Source: Minisyncoccota bacterium (GTDB lineage Bacteria; Patescibacteriota; Minisyncoccia; Moranbacterales; UBA1568). Taken from it: a stretch of DNA of 64,000 nucleotides. The translations under genes were made by a program, and so were the position numbers. Where the stretch lies: contig JBPPMJ010000003.1 in NCBI GenBank assembly GCA_051306005.1, positions 33,764 through 97,763 of the forward strand, read 5' to 3'. The first letter of the stretch is position 1, and the number at the start of each line of letters is the position of its first letter. Below the pieces are notes generated by a model. That model had not been told where the DNA came from, searched no databases, and saw only the letters and a program-made list of their open reading frames with translations. Positions 1 through 11,682 of this stretch are shown one piece after another.

Positions 1-392
1 CGGATTATTTATCTGTTTTGTCACAAGCGGTAAGTGTGCGAAATATTTTGCCAGTAACGTGGGAGGATACCGCGAGTGCCAGAGATGAGATGGGCGGTGA
101 GGACGCCTCAATTCATCCTCAGATGGGGACAGCTGAATATATCATTGAGCCATCTCCGCATGCCGTGTTGTCTCGGATGGTGCCGTACTTGTTGGAAATG
201 CGACTCTATCATGCTATTTTGGAATCCAACGCTTCTCAAGAAGCATCGCGCATGATGGCGATGCGTAATGCGACTAATGCGACCAAGGATATGGTCTCAG
301 ATTTGACATTGACGTATAATCAAATACGACAAGCAAAAATCACCCAAGAAATAGCCGAGCTCTCCGCTGGTATGGCAGCGGTCACGCGTTGA
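1..392 (+). CDS. atpG: ATP synthase F1 gamma subunit, C-terminal portion (5' end lies outside the window)
   Basis: Open frame from the window edge; the C-terminal sequence ...LTLTYNQIRQAKITQEIAELSAGMAAV is typical of AtpG; it sits immediately upstream of atpD. Confidence 0.8.
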   Translation, partial: DYLSVLSQAVSVRNILPVTWEDTASARDEMGGEDASIHPQMGTAEYIIEPSPHAVLSRMVPYLLEMRLYHAILESNASQEASRMMAMRNATNATKDMVSDLTLTYNQIRQAKITQEIAELSAGMAAVTR

Positions 393-450
393 TTTTCAAG
401 TTATCATTCGTTTTTCAATTATTTTATAAGTATTCGATATTTTTCTGTAA

Positions 451-1869
<1,419 letters not shown>

Positions 1870-1888
1870 TATTAACTATGCACGTTGT

Positions 1889-2332
1889 ATGTTGCAGTTA
1901 AAAATCGTTACGCCAGAGGGTATTGTAACGGAAGAGATGGTATATCAAGTTACTTTGCCCATTGAGGGTGGTGAGGTGACTGTTTTAGCGAAACATATGC
2001 CTTATATTGGCGCTCTCAAACCAGGCGAATTGTTGTTGCGCATGGATCCAAACGGTGATGAAAGAAGTTTGTTTGTTTCCGGTGGATTTGCGGAGTTTCA
2101 TGAAAATACCTTGGTTATTCTGGCAGATACCGCCGAACGAGTTGAAGAAATTGATAGGGAACATGCGGAAACAGCACGTCGCAATGCGGAAATATTGAAT
2201 CAGAGTGCGATGCAATTGGATGCGGAAGAATATGCTCGTACAGCGATTATTTTGGAGCGAGAATGGGCGCGCGTTAAAGTAGTCCGTAAACATCATAGTA
2301 AAAAACAGTTCCTCTACTCTTCGGATGAGTAA
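1889..2332 (+). CDS. atpC: ATP synthase F1 epsilon subunit
   Basis: Follows atpD; N-terminus MLQLKIVTPEG is typical of epsilon; the ORF-track start at 1856 is probably an upstream extension. Confidence 0.85.
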   Translation: MLQLKIVTPEGIVTEEMVYQVTLPIEGGEVTVLAKHMPYIGALKPGELLLRMDPNGDERSLFVSGGFAEFHENTLVILADTAERVEEIDREHAETARRNAEILNQSAMQLDAEEYARTAIILEREWARVKVVRKHHSKKQFLYSSDE

Positions 2333-2411
2333 GATTTGGCAATTATCAGTGTGTGATGTACAATATCTATGTCAGATAAAACTTTATGTATTCAGTTAAG
2401 GATGACTTTTT

Positions 2412-2828
2412 ATGGATACTGCTTTGCCGGCTAAGTGGGTTGTGTGTATTGTGGATGATAATCAAGATATCAGAGATATTTATCGTCTTAAATTTCAGCG
2501 AGAAGGCTTTGAAGTTGTGACAGCAGTAAATGGTGCGGAAGGATTGGAGATTATCAAGCAAACACGGCCGAACATTGTGCTGTTGGATATGGAAATGCCT
2601 ATACTGAATGGGATTGGATTGTTGAAGATTTTACGCCAGGACACAGAGCTTCGAAAGATTCCTGTGGTTATACTGAGTAATGTCGATCATGATGATATGT
2701 TTCAGGAAGTGAGTGAACTTGGGGGTGCTACGTACTATCTCGTAAAATCTATCACGACGCCACAGAAAGTAGTGGATATTACAGCCAAGGCATTGGCAGA
2801 GAGCAAAGATTCAACCAGTGAACAATAA
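2412..2828 (+). CDS. stand-alone response-regulator receiver domain (CheY-like)
   Basis: 138 aa; DD...D...K receiver signature (VCIVDDNQDIRD, LLDMEMP); no output domain; no histidine kinase nearby. Confidence 0.75.
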   Translation: MDTALPAKWVVCIVDDNQDIRDIYRLKFQREGFEVVTAVNGAEGLEIIKQTRPNIVLLDMEMPILNGIGLLKILRQDTELRKIPVVILSNVDHDDMFQEVSELGGATYYLVKSITTPQKVVDITAKALAESKDSTSEQ

Positions 2829-2924
2829 AGATCTTCTTGATAAACCTTGCTCAGGCTTGTTTTTTACTTGAACAAAAGCTTGAAATACGATACAGTAAGG
2901 AGGTAATGTCATAGAAAGGTCTGT

Positions 2925-5342
2925 ATGAATCGCGTGTACCGCCCGAAATCATTGGAAACGAAGTGGCAGAAAACTTGGGAACGGCAAGGCACATATCGTC
3001 AGTACAAACGTTCTCGGCAGTGTTATGTACTGGATATGTTTCCCTATCCTTCTGGTGCTGGATTGCATGTAGGTCATCCGCGAGGCTTTGTGGCGTCCGA
3101 TGTGTATGCGCGTTTTAAGCAACTGCAAGGGTACGGAGTGTTGCATCCGATGGGATGGGACGCTTTTGGTTTACCAGCTGAACAGTATGCCATCAAGAAC
3201 AACGTGCATCCGGCCATCGCCGTCAAAAAAAATATTGCGACGTATAAAAAACAATTGCAACGCATCGGCTGCACGTATGACTGGGAACGAGAAATAAATA
3301 CGACTGATCCGGAATATTATCGTTGGACACAGTGGATTTTTTTACAGTTATGGAAAAAAGGATTGGCCTATCAGTCTTTCGAACCGATCCAGTGGTGCCC
3401 GACTTGTCAAACTGGTCTCGCTAATGAAGATGTGGATCAGGGACGATGTGAGCGTTGTGAGAGCGTGGTAGAACAACGTCCGATGCGTCAGTGGATGTTA
3501 AAGATTACCGCTTATGCCGACAAAATGCTTCGTGATTTGCAGAATTTGGAATGGCCAGAAGGCGTCAAAGAAGCGCAGAGAAATTGGATTGGCCGTTCAG
3601 AGGGAACGGAAATAGTGTTTTGTATTGCAGATACCGAAGAGGAAATACGGGTATTTACGACGCGAGTGGATACGATTTTTGGTTGTACCTACCTTGTTTT
3701 GGCTCCAGAACATCCGCTTATCCATACGCTTGAAAAGAAAATTACCAATCTTTCTCAGGTTAAGAAATATAGAGAGGAAACAGCTGGCAAGTCTGATATA
3801 GAGCGAACAGGACTCACTAAAGAAAAAACAGGCGTACTACTTGAAGGTATCGAAGCAGTCCATCCGTTTACTGGAAAACGGTTACCAGTGTTTGTAGCTG
3901 ATTATGTTTTGAAATCTTATGGTACTGGGGCCGTAATGGCGGTACCCGCGCATGATAAACGGGATTTTGTGTTTGCTAAAAAATATCAGTTAGAAATCCT
4001 GACCAGCGTTATTGACGCAGAAGCCCATCTTGTAGAAGAAAAAACAGGGCCTTTCACGGATGACGGTATCCTGGTAGACTCTGGGAACTTTTCCGGACTC
4101 ACGTCTGTGGTTGCTCGTACCAAAATAACAACTTGGTTGCAAAAAGAAAAAATGGGTAAGAAACGTGTGAATTACAAACTGCGTGACTGGGTTTTCTCTC
4201 GCCAACGGTATTGGGGAGAGCCTATACCCCTCGTTCATTGTACAGTGTGTGGCGTGGTGCCGGTTCCGGAGAATGCTTTGCCAGTACGGTTACCATCAGT
4301 AAAATCATATCAGCCAACTGGTACGGGTGAGTCACCACTGGCAGATATTCTCTCGTGGGTCAATGTGCGCTGTCCAAAATGTACTGGTCCTGCCAAGAGA
4401 GAAACAAATACGATGCCCCAATGGGCTGGATCTTCCTGGTATTATCTGCGTTTTATCGATCCATCCAATACACGGGTTCTGGTGAGTACAAAAAAAGAAA
4501 AAATGATGATGCCTGTGGATGTGTATGTGGGTGGTGACCACGCGACACGTCATTTAATTTATGCGCGTTTTTGGCACAAGTTTCTCTATGATCAAGGTAT
4601 TGTGAGTACGCGAGAACCATTTAAACGTTTGGAATTTTTGGGACTCATCTTGGCCACTGATGGACGAAAAATGTCCAAGCGTTGGGGAAACGTGGTGAAT
4701 CCAGATGATATCATAGCTGAATTTGGAGCAGATGCTTTTCGAGTCTATGAAATGTTTATGGGTCCTTTTACACAGTCAATTGCCTGGAATACGGATGGAG
4801 TGGTTGGGGCACGGCGTTTTCTGGAAAAAGTATGGCGTCTGGGACAGAAGATGGAATATCGACGGACAGGGAAAACAGATGCTTCATTGACTGTATTATT
4901 GCACCAGACCATCAAAAAGGTGACTGAGGATATCGAAGGCTTCAAGTTTAACACCGCACTGAGTGCGCTTATGATTCTTGTCAATGCTTTGGAGAAACAT
5001 TCCATACCTCTCTCTCAGTACAAAACGTTGCTTGTGTTGCTTGCACCGTTTGCTCCGCACATAGCAGAAGAACTGTGGATGCAAGCAGGGCATAAAAAAT
5101 CTCTTTTTCTGTCTGTGTGGCCTAAGTGGGATAAGACAAAGATTGTGGCTAAAACTGTCAACATCGTCATACAAGTAAATGGAAAGGTGCGGATGGTGTT
5201 GCCTATCAGTGTGGGTGCATCGGAAGAGCAAGTAAAGACACGGGCTCTGCAGGATGAGAAAATACAAATACATCTTGTAGACAAAACTATGCGGAAAATA
5301 ATATTTGTTCCCGACAAGATTTTGAATATCGTGGTGAGTTGA
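2925..5342 (+). CDS. leuS: leucyl-tRNA synthetase
   Basis: 805 aa; HIGH-class motif PYPSGAGLHVGHPRGF; KMSKS motif KMSKRWGN. Confidence 0.95.
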   Translation: MNRVYRPKSLETKWQKTWERQGTYRQYKRSRQCYVLDMFPYPSGAGLHVGHPRGFVASDVYARFKQLQGYGVLHPMGWDAFGLPAEQYAIKNNVHPAIAVKKNIATYKKQLQRIGCTYDWEREINTTDPEYYRWTQWIFLQLWKKGLAYQSFEPIQWCPTCQTGLANEDVDQGRCERCESVVEQRPMRQWMLKITAYADKMLRDLQNLEWPEGVKEAQRNWIGRSEGTEIVFCIADTEEEIRVFTTRVDTIFGCTYLVLAPEHPLIHTLEKKITNLSQVKKYREETAGKSDIERTGLTKEKTGVLLEGIEAVHPFTGKRLPVFVADYVLKSYGTGAVMAVPAHDKRDFVFAKKYQLEILTSVIDAEAHLVEEKTGPFTDDGILVDSGNFSGLTSVVARTKITTWLQKEKMGKKRVNYKLRDWVFSRQRYWGEPIPLVHCTVCGVVPVPENALPVRLPSVKSYQPTGTGESPLADILSWVNVRCPKCTGPAKRETNTMPQWAGSSWYYLRFIDPSNTRVLVSTKKEKMMMPVDVYVGGDHATRHLIYARFWHKFLYDQGIVSTREPFKRLEFLGLILATDGRKMSKRWGNVVNPDDIIAEFGADAFRVYEMFMGPFTQSIAWNTDGVVGARRFLEKVWRLGQKMEYRRTGKTDASLTVLLHQTIKKVTEDIEGFKFNTALSALMILVNALEKHSIPLSQYKTLLVLLAPFAPHIAEELWMQAGHKKSLFLSVWPKWDKTKIVAKTVNIVIQVNGKVRMVLPISVGASEEQVKTRALQDEKIQIHLVDKTMRKIIFVPDKILNIVVS

Positions 5343-5383
5343 GATAAATATACCGGAGAAAAAAATATTGATATTATTTTCTT

Positions 5384-6067
5384 ATGCAAGCGGTGATCCT
5401 GGCAGCTGGACGCGGTACTCGGATGAAAACATTGACCGAACACACACCTAAGCCGATGATTCTTCTTCATGGTAAGCCGATTTTGGAATGGAAATTGTCC
5501 ATGTTGCCTGTAGAAATTGATGAAGTGATTGTGGTGATCGGATACTTAGGTGAGCAAATTAGCACTTATTTCGGAAATGAATGGCAGGGCCGGCGGATGC
5601 GTTATGTTTCTCAGGTTCCATTGGATGGTACGGGCAAGGCGATGATGCTCATACGGAGCATGATTCGGAATGTTTGTGTGGTGATGATGGGAGATGATCT
5701 GTATCACCGAGATGATATTGCGTGCTTAACCAAACAATCCATCGCGGTGTTGGGGTTTGCCGTGACTGATGCTCAGCAATATGGACTTTTGGAAACTGAT
5801 ACTACCGGTCATTTGATGCGTATTACCGAACGTCCGCATGGACGAACCGCTGGTCTCGTGAATACTGGCGCCTATCTTTTGAATGAATATTTTTTCTCAT
5901 ATCCATTGGTCAAGATTTCTGAAACTGAGTATGGCTTGCCTCAGACATTGGCATTGTTAGCCCAGGATATACCTGTGACCGTGTTGCGTGCGCGAGCATG
6001 GCAACCGGTCGGGACACCGGAAGATATCGTCTCAGGTGAGGCATTTTTGATTCAGTATGTACTATGA
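5384..6067 (+). CDS. sugar-phosphate nucleotidyltransferase (NTP_transferase family)
   Basis: N-terminus MQAVILAAGRGTRM (GxGTR motif); 227 aa. Confidence 0.7.
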   Translation: MQAVILAAGRGTRMKTLTEHTPKPMILLHGKPILEWKLSMLPVEIDEVIVVIGYLGEQISTYFGNEWQGRRMRYVSQVPLDGTGKAMMLIRSMIRNVCVVMMGDDLYHRDDIACLTKQSIAVLGFAVTDAQQYGLLETDTTGHLMRITERPHGRTAGLVNTGAYLLNEYFFSYPLVKISETEYGLPQTLALLAQDIPVTVLRARAWQPVGTPEDIVSGEAFLIQYVL

Positions 6068-6702
6068 ATATTTTTTTAGATTTTGATGATTGTCTTTTTG
6101 ATACGCACGCCTTTTATCAAGGTTTGCAAGCTCTTTTTTCAGAACATGGCATTCCAAGAAATATCTTTACAGAAACATATCAATCAATGAAACAAAATAA
6201 CACCGCGCAGGGATGGGCGTATTCTTGCGAGAAACATATGATGCTTCTGCAAGAACAGTTTGTGATTGAGGATGGCTTACAACCGGCATTGAATCAGTAT
6301 CTCAGTAATACGAGCGCATTTTTGTTTCCAGATGTGAAAAAGTTTCTCAGGATACTGCAACGACAACATGCACGAATCATTATCATATCCTTTGGTGACT
6401 CAGACTTCCAGTATCGGAAAATTTTAGGCACTGGCATTGGGTTATATACACAGAAAATTATCGTTACCGAAGGAAGTAAGGCGGAGGCCATTTGTGCAAC
6501 CAGCATTTCGCAAGGAGAGGAGACGTGGTTTGTAGATGATCGTGTGTCTTTTGTTGAGGATGTCAAGCAGGCATTGCCGATGATAAAAACAATATTGATA
6601 CAGCGTACCTCGGGGCGACATACGGATATAAAGAGTACTTATGGCACTGTTGTCGTGCGGGATTGCCATGAAATACTCCAGATTTTTGGGTATAATAAAT
6701 GA
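6064..6702 (+). CDS. HAD-superfamily hydrolase/phosphatase
   Basis: N-terminal DxD motif FLDFDDCLFDT; 4-nt overlap with the upstream nucleotidyltransferase gene. Confidence 0.55.
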   Translation: MNIFLDFDDCLFDTHAFYQGLQALFSEHGIPRNIFTETYQSMKQNNTAQGWAYSCEKHMMLLQEQFVIEDGLQPALNQYLSNTSAFLFPDVKKFLRILQRQHARIIIISFGDSDFQYRKILGTGIGLYTQKIIVTEGSKAEAICATSISQGEETWFVDDRVSFVEDVKQALPMIKTILIQRTSGRHTDIKSTYGTVVVRDCHEILQIFGYNK

Positions 6703-6740
6703 AGTGTTTTACAGGTGTAAATTATTAAATGAATACATAT

Positions 6741-8597
6741 ATGTGTGGTATTGTAGGATATTCTGGCAATAAACCAGCTTCAGATTTTTTATTGGAAGGG
6801 CTGCGGCGTTTGGAATATCGCGGATATGACAGTGCTGGAATGGCTATCATGCAATCTGGAAATGGATTGACGCGTGCTCAAAAATCTCCTCATATCGCCA
6901 TTATCAAAGCGGTAGGAAAAGTGGCGGAACTGGAAAAAAAAATGAGTCGCAAAATAGACGGCATGATAGGTATCGCGCATACGCGCTGGGCGACACATGG
7001 TAAACCATCAGAAAAAAACGCGCATCCACATACGGATTGTACCGGTAATATTGCCATCGTCCACAATGGTATTATAGAAAATTATCGTGAACTGAGAGCA
7101 GTATTGGAAAAACAAGGGCATCATTTTCGTTCAGAAACGGATACGGAAGTTATTGCACACCTCATAGAAGAGGCTATGAAAACCTTGTCCTTTGAGGATG
7201 CATTTGGAAAAATGCTCAAACAATTACGTGGCGCATACGGTATCGTCGCTCTCTCGGCACAGGAACCGAATATGCTCTTGGTGGCACGTCTCTCCAGTCC
7301 GTTGGTCATTGGGATCGGGCATCAGGAATTATGTATCGCCTCCGACACTTCAGCGATGGCTGGTAGAGTCAAACGCATTGTATATTTGGACGATCGAGAA
7401 ATCGCTGTAATCAAAGATGGCCATTACATCATCAAATCTTTTGCCAATGTTCCGCGAATCAAAAAAGAAACAGCTTTTGATCAAAATAAGACGGTAGTGG
7501 AACACAGCGGGTACCCGCATTTTATGCTGAAAGAGATTTTTGAACAGCCTCAGAGCTTTGCAGATGCTCTGCGCGGACGTTTGTTGGTAAAAGAGGGGGA
7601 GGCACATCTCGGTGGTTTACGGAATGTTGAGAAGCGTTTGCGAACTATCAAGAAAATCATTATTGTTTCTTGTGGGACATCATACCACTCCGCTCTTGTT
7701 GGAGAATATATGTTAGAAGAGTATGCACATATTCCGACGGAAGTTGAAATGGCATCAGAATTTCGTTATCGTAAACCGTTATTGGATAAGCACACGGCTG
7801 TTATTGCCATTTCGCAATCTGGTGAAACAGCGGATACACTGGCAGCGATTCGAGAGGCCAAGGCGCAGGGTGTATTGACACTTGGTATTGTTAATGTTGT
7901 TGACTCTACCATTGCTCGTGAAACTGACGCTGGCGTCTATTGCCACGCTGGACCTGAAATTTCTGTCGCTTCTACCAAAGCGTTTACGTCACAGTTAGCT
8001 ATTTTAACTTTGTTGACGCTTTATCTTGGACGAAAACGAGACATGTCTCTGGAGACCGGCAAACGTATCGCGCGAGCATTGCAACGAATTCCTCACTCCA
8101 TGGCAGAGATACTCAAACACTCGAAAGCAATGGAAAAAATTGCCAAAAAATATGCTCATGAAACTCAATACATGTATCTTGGACGGAAATATAATTTCCC
8201 TAATGCATTGGAAGGGGCGCTTAAGATTAAAGAAATCGCGTATGTTCCCGCGCAGGGCTACCCAACTGGTGAAATGAAACATGGACCCATCGCTCTTATT
8301 GATCCACAATCTGTTACTATCATCGTGATGCCCAAAGATAGTGTCCATGAGAAAAATATGAGTGGCGTGGAAGAAATCTTGGCGCGTGGTGGGAGAGTTA
8401 TTGCTGTTGCCACTAAAAATGACACCGCCATTGCCCACAAGGCAACGGATAGTATTTGGACTCCCAAGACCATTGAGATGCTGACACCATTGTTGACTGT
8501 CATACCTTTACAATTGTTTGCCTATTTTGTCGCTGTGGAACGTGGTTACGATATCGATAAGCCACGCAATTTAGCAAAGTCAGTTACCGTGGAATAG
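6741..8597 (+). CDS. glmS: glutamine--fructose-6-phosphate aminotransferase
   Basis: MCGIVGY N-terminus with the catalytic Cys after Met; two SIS domains; the ORF-track start at 6729 is 4 codons upstream. Confidence 0.95.
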   Translation: MCGIVGYSGNKPASDFLLEGLRRLEYRGYDSAGMAIMQSGNGLTRAQKSPHIAIIKAVGKVAELEKKMSRKIDGMIGIAHTRWATHGKPSEKNAHPHTDCTGNIAIVHNGIIENYRELRAVLEKQGHHFRSETDTEVIAHLIEEAMKTLSFEDAFGKMLKQLRGAYGIVALSAQEPNMLLVARLSSPLVIGIGHQELCIASDTSAMAGRVKRIVYLDDREIAVIKDGHYIIKSFANVPRIKKETAFDQNKTVVEHSGYPHFMLKEIFEQPQSFADALRGRLLVKEGEAHLGGLRNVEKRLRTIKKIIIVSCGTSYHSALVGEYMLEEYAHIPTEVEMASEFRYRKPLLDKHTAVIAISQSGETADTLAAIREAKAQGVLTLGIVNVVDSTIARETDAGVYCHAGPEISVASTKAFTSQLAILTLLTLYLGRKRDMSLETGKRIARALQRIPHSMAEILKHSKAMEKIAKKYAHETQYMYLGRKYNFPNALEGALKIKEIAYVPAQGYPTGEMKHGPIALIDPQSVTIIVMPKDSVHEKNMSGVEEILARGGRVIAVATKNDTAIAHKATDSIWTPKTIEMLTPLLTVIPLQLFAYFVAVERGYDIDKPRNLAKSVTVE

Positions 8598-8627
8598 TGA
8601 CAAAAGGGAGTAAGTTCTATACAATAT

Positions 8628-9326
8628 ATGAGTAATTCTTTGGAAATGAAGAATATGTATACTACGATCGTGGAGTATCTACCTTTGGAACGACCATTGA
8701 TCATTTTTGATTTGGAGACAACTGGTTTAACAATCGGAGAAGACAAGATTATTGAAATAGCATATGAAAAAATTTTGCCCTCCGGTGAAGTAATCGCATA
8801 TTGTCAGCGGGTGAATCCTGGCAAACCCATTCCAGAGGTTTCGAGTAGTATCAATGGCATTCATGATGCTGATGTGGCGGATGCACCGAGTTTCGTGACA
8901 CTGTGTTATGAGTTATGGAGTGCGTTTGAAGATGCGGATGTGGGTGGATTTAATGTTATTGGTTTTGATTTACCTTTTTTGCGCGGAGAGTTTGCTAGCG
9001 TGGGTAAAGGTTTTGATTTTAGCGCCAAAAGAATACTGGATGCCAAGATTCTATATCATAAAATGGAAGCGCGCGATATGTTTGCTCCGCGCAATCTGTC
9101 TGCTGCGTACAAATTGTATTGCGGAAAGGATCACATACAGGCGCATACGGGTGCCGGTGATGTGCGCGCAACGGTGGAAATTTTGGAAAAGCAGTTAGAA
9201 CGTTACCCTGAGTTTCGCAGTTGGGAATATATTGCCGAGCTTCATGGGAACAAAAAGTTATTAGAATCAGCCAAAATAGAGCATGCCCCATTAGTGGAGC
9301 AGAAACCGGCAGCGACACTTTTTTAA
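8628..9326 (+). CDS. DnaQ-like (DEDDh) 3'-5' exonuclease
   Basis: Exo I motif IIFDLETTGL; Exo III motif HTGAGDVRAT. Confidence 0.75.
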   Translation: MSNSLEMKNMYTTIVEYLPLERPLIIFDLETTGLTIGEDKIIEIAYEKILPSGEVIAYCQRVNPGKPIPEVSSSINGIHDADVADAPSFVTLCYELWSAFEDADVGGFNVIGFDLPFLRGEFASVGKGFDFSAKRILDAKILYHKMEARDMFAPRNLSAAYKLYCGKDHIQAHTGAGDVRATVEILEKQLERYPEFRSWEYIAELHGNKKLLESAKIEHAPLVEQKPAATLF

Positions 9327-9335
9327 CACATTCTC

Positions 9336-10106
9336 ATGTCAATAATTGACGCTATTATTTTTGGTATCGTGGAAGGAATAACGGAGTTTTTGCCTATTTC
9401 TTCCACTGGACATTTGATTTTGGTTGCAAAGATACTTGGTTTGCCAGAAACGGATTTTTTGAAATCGTTTCAGATATCGATTCAATTGGGAGCGATTCTT
9501 TCGGTTGTTGTTTTGTATTTTCGTCAGCTGTTTCTGGAATGGGAAATTATGAAGCGCATCATGGTGGCACTGGTGCCAGCAATCGGTATCGGCGGAGTTT
9601 TTTATGCTTCCATTCGTCAGCTGTTTGCATCTGAGTTGACCGTCGTGTTGGCGCTTGGTATCGGCGGCATCATTATCATTTTGTTTGAAATATGGCACAA
9701 AGAGCGGGAACAAGACGCAGAAGACTTAGCGATACTTCCTTACCGTACTGTTTTTTTGATTGGCCTCTTTCAGGCTTTGGCGGTAGTGCCAGGTGTGTCA
9801 CGAGCAGCAGCAACGATTCTTGGCGGACGATTTTTGGGACTGAAACGTGTTGCTATTGTGGAATTTTCTTTTTTACTGGCGGTACCGACAATGGTGGCGG
9901 CGACGACTCTTGATTTGATGAAAAGCGTTGCTCTCTTTTCTACTGCCGACTTTTCTCTTTTAAGTGTTGGTTTTATAATGGCCTTCATCACTTCCATCAT
10001 CGCTATCAGGGGTCTCTTGCGTTTTGTTCAAACGCACACGTTCATAGGTTTCGGCATATACCGCATTATTATCGCATTGTTATTTTTTGTTTTGGTTCTT
10101 TCGTAA
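9336..10106 (+). CDS. uppP: undecaprenyl-diphosphatase
   Basis: 256 aa polytopic protein; N-terminus GIVEGITEFLPISSTGHLIL is diagnostic of BacA/UppP. Confidence 0.85.
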   Translation: MSIIDAIIFGIVEGITEFLPISSTGHLILVAKILGLPETDFLKSFQISIQLGAILSVVVLYFRQLFLEWEIMKRIMVALVPAIGIGGVFYASIRQLFASELTVVLALGIGGIIIILFEIWHKEREQDAEDLAILPYRTVFLIGLFQALAVVPGVSRAAATILGGRFLGLKRVAIVEFSFLLAVPTMVAATTLDLMKSVALFSTADFSLLSVGFIMAFITSIIAIRGLLRFVQTHTFIGFGIYRIIIALLFFVLVLS

Positions 10107-10141
10107 AGAGAGGTATTTTCATTCATGAATGACTTGAGCAT

Positions 10142-10996
10142 ATGGCATGGTTGTATGGTAAACCGGTAGCGGAACAGATTCTCTCTGTGACAGAAACAAA
10201 TATGGCGACCATGAGTGTTCGACCTGGCTTGGCGGTGCTTTTGATTGGAGAAGATATGGCTTCGCAGTTGTATGTCGGTCTCAAAGAAAAGGAAGCGATA
10301 GCCAGGGGAATACATTTTGAAAAATATTTATTTGACGCACACGTTTCCGAAGAGCAGATTATAAGCTGTATTGATATATTGAACAGTCGGTCGGATATTC
10401 ATGGGATTATAGTACAGTTACCTATGCCTGCGAGACTGAATACAGACACTATCATCGCACGGATAGATCCCCGCAAAGATGCGGACGGATTTCATCCGCA
10501 AACAGTGCAACGATTTTTGGCTGGTTCTGATGAGGATTGTCCCGTTTTTCCGTTGGCGATGATTGAATTATTGCGTTCTACTGGCAATATCGTATCAGGA
10601 ACACTTGGTTGTGTGTTGGTACAATCGGCATTTTTTGGACAAGTAATGGTTCGCGCACTAGCTTTGGATGGTGTGCGCGGAGAGTATATGCTGTACTCAT
10701 CTCTCTCTTCTGAACAACGAGAAAGAATTCGTCGTATGCCAGTAATAATGACCGCACTCGGTGTGCCTGGCGCACTCACCAGCGAAATGTTGGCAAATGA
10801 CGCCATCGTTATTGATGGTGGTATTAGTCGGCGTGATGGTATCGTCGTGGGTGATGTCGAGCGCGCTGATACTGCCGAAAAAGTACGTTTTTTGACACCT
10901 GTGCCTGGCGGAGTAGGACCAGTAACGATTGCTTGTCTCTTGCGTCACGTGACACAGTTGGCACAACGTCAATTGTCAGTCAAGAGTGGACTGTAA
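10142..10996 (+). CDS. folD: bifunctional methylenetetrahydrofolate dehydrogenase/cyclohydrolase
   Basis: 284 aa; LAVLLIGEDMASQLYVGLKEKEA and the C-terminal GGVGPVTIACLL motif. Confidence 0.9.
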   Translation: MAWLYGKPVAEQILSVTETNMATMSVRPGLAVLLIGEDMASQLYVGLKEKEAIARGIHFEKYLFDAHVSEEQIISCIDILNSRSDIHGIIVQLPMPARLNTDTIIARIDPRKDADGFHPQTVQRFLAGSDEDCPVFPLAMIELLRSTGNIVSGTLGCVLVQSAFFGQVMVRALALDGVRGEYMLYSSLSSEQRERIRRMPVIMTALGVPGALTSEMLANDAIVIDGGISRRDGIVVGDVERADTAEKVRFLTPVPGGVGPVTIACLLRHVTQLAQRQLSVKSGL

Positions 10997-11436
10997 TGTA
11001 AAAATTGAAAATAAAAACAACTAATATGAATGCAATTCATGTCATACTCACTGAGATTATCATTATCAATACATTACAATGAGGGATATTCAACTCACTG
11101 AGCTCAAAACTGAGAGAGAATCCGAACGTGCTCAGATGAATGCGAAAATCAATAATGCAGAGCTTTCCGATACCGCCAGAGGAATAATATAAGAATTGAA
11201 TTTGTATTTCCTGTTCGCCCCGAATTTCTTCAAAACCAGTAGCGGGACTGATTCATTCGCCCAGTTTCCGTTTGAAAAATGTTCGTGCAAAATCGCTTCC
11301 TATTCTTCATTCCGGCACACCAGAGTGAAATCAAACAGAAATCAATCCTGTCGTTCTGCTTGTTTAGAACAGGTCAACACAAAAAAAGTTTCCGCGTACC
11401 AAAAGTCCTGCTCAGAATTCCGCCAAAACAGAAATG

Positions 11437-11648
11437 CAATGAGTGTTTTTTCTTTCGGGGTTCTGCCTGTAAAGATATTCGGGCAGTGCGTGAGGCTTCA
11501 ATGCGGTCGAGGCAAAGCAAAGCTATTTTTTTTGGATATGGATTTTGGCAAAACCGAGACTAATTTGTTTTTGCATTTTGTCCGCGCGGAGGAGGGGTCT
11601 GGGGAGGAATCCGTGCGGGCTTCTGGGATTTTTTTGGCGTTTCGCGCA
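11437..11648. repeat. left arm of a long inverted repeat; the inner 67 bp (11582-11648) are an exact reverse complement of 13143-13209
   Basis: Aligned by eye: the GC-rich core CCGCGCGGAGGAGGGGTCTGGGGAGGAATCCGTGCGGGCTTCTGGGATTTTTTTGGCGTTTCGCGCA is perfect, with roughly 85-90% identity extending outward to about 11437. Confidence 0.75.
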
Positions 11649-11682
11649 TATGCAAAATTTCCACAATTCTCTTTTTTAGGGT

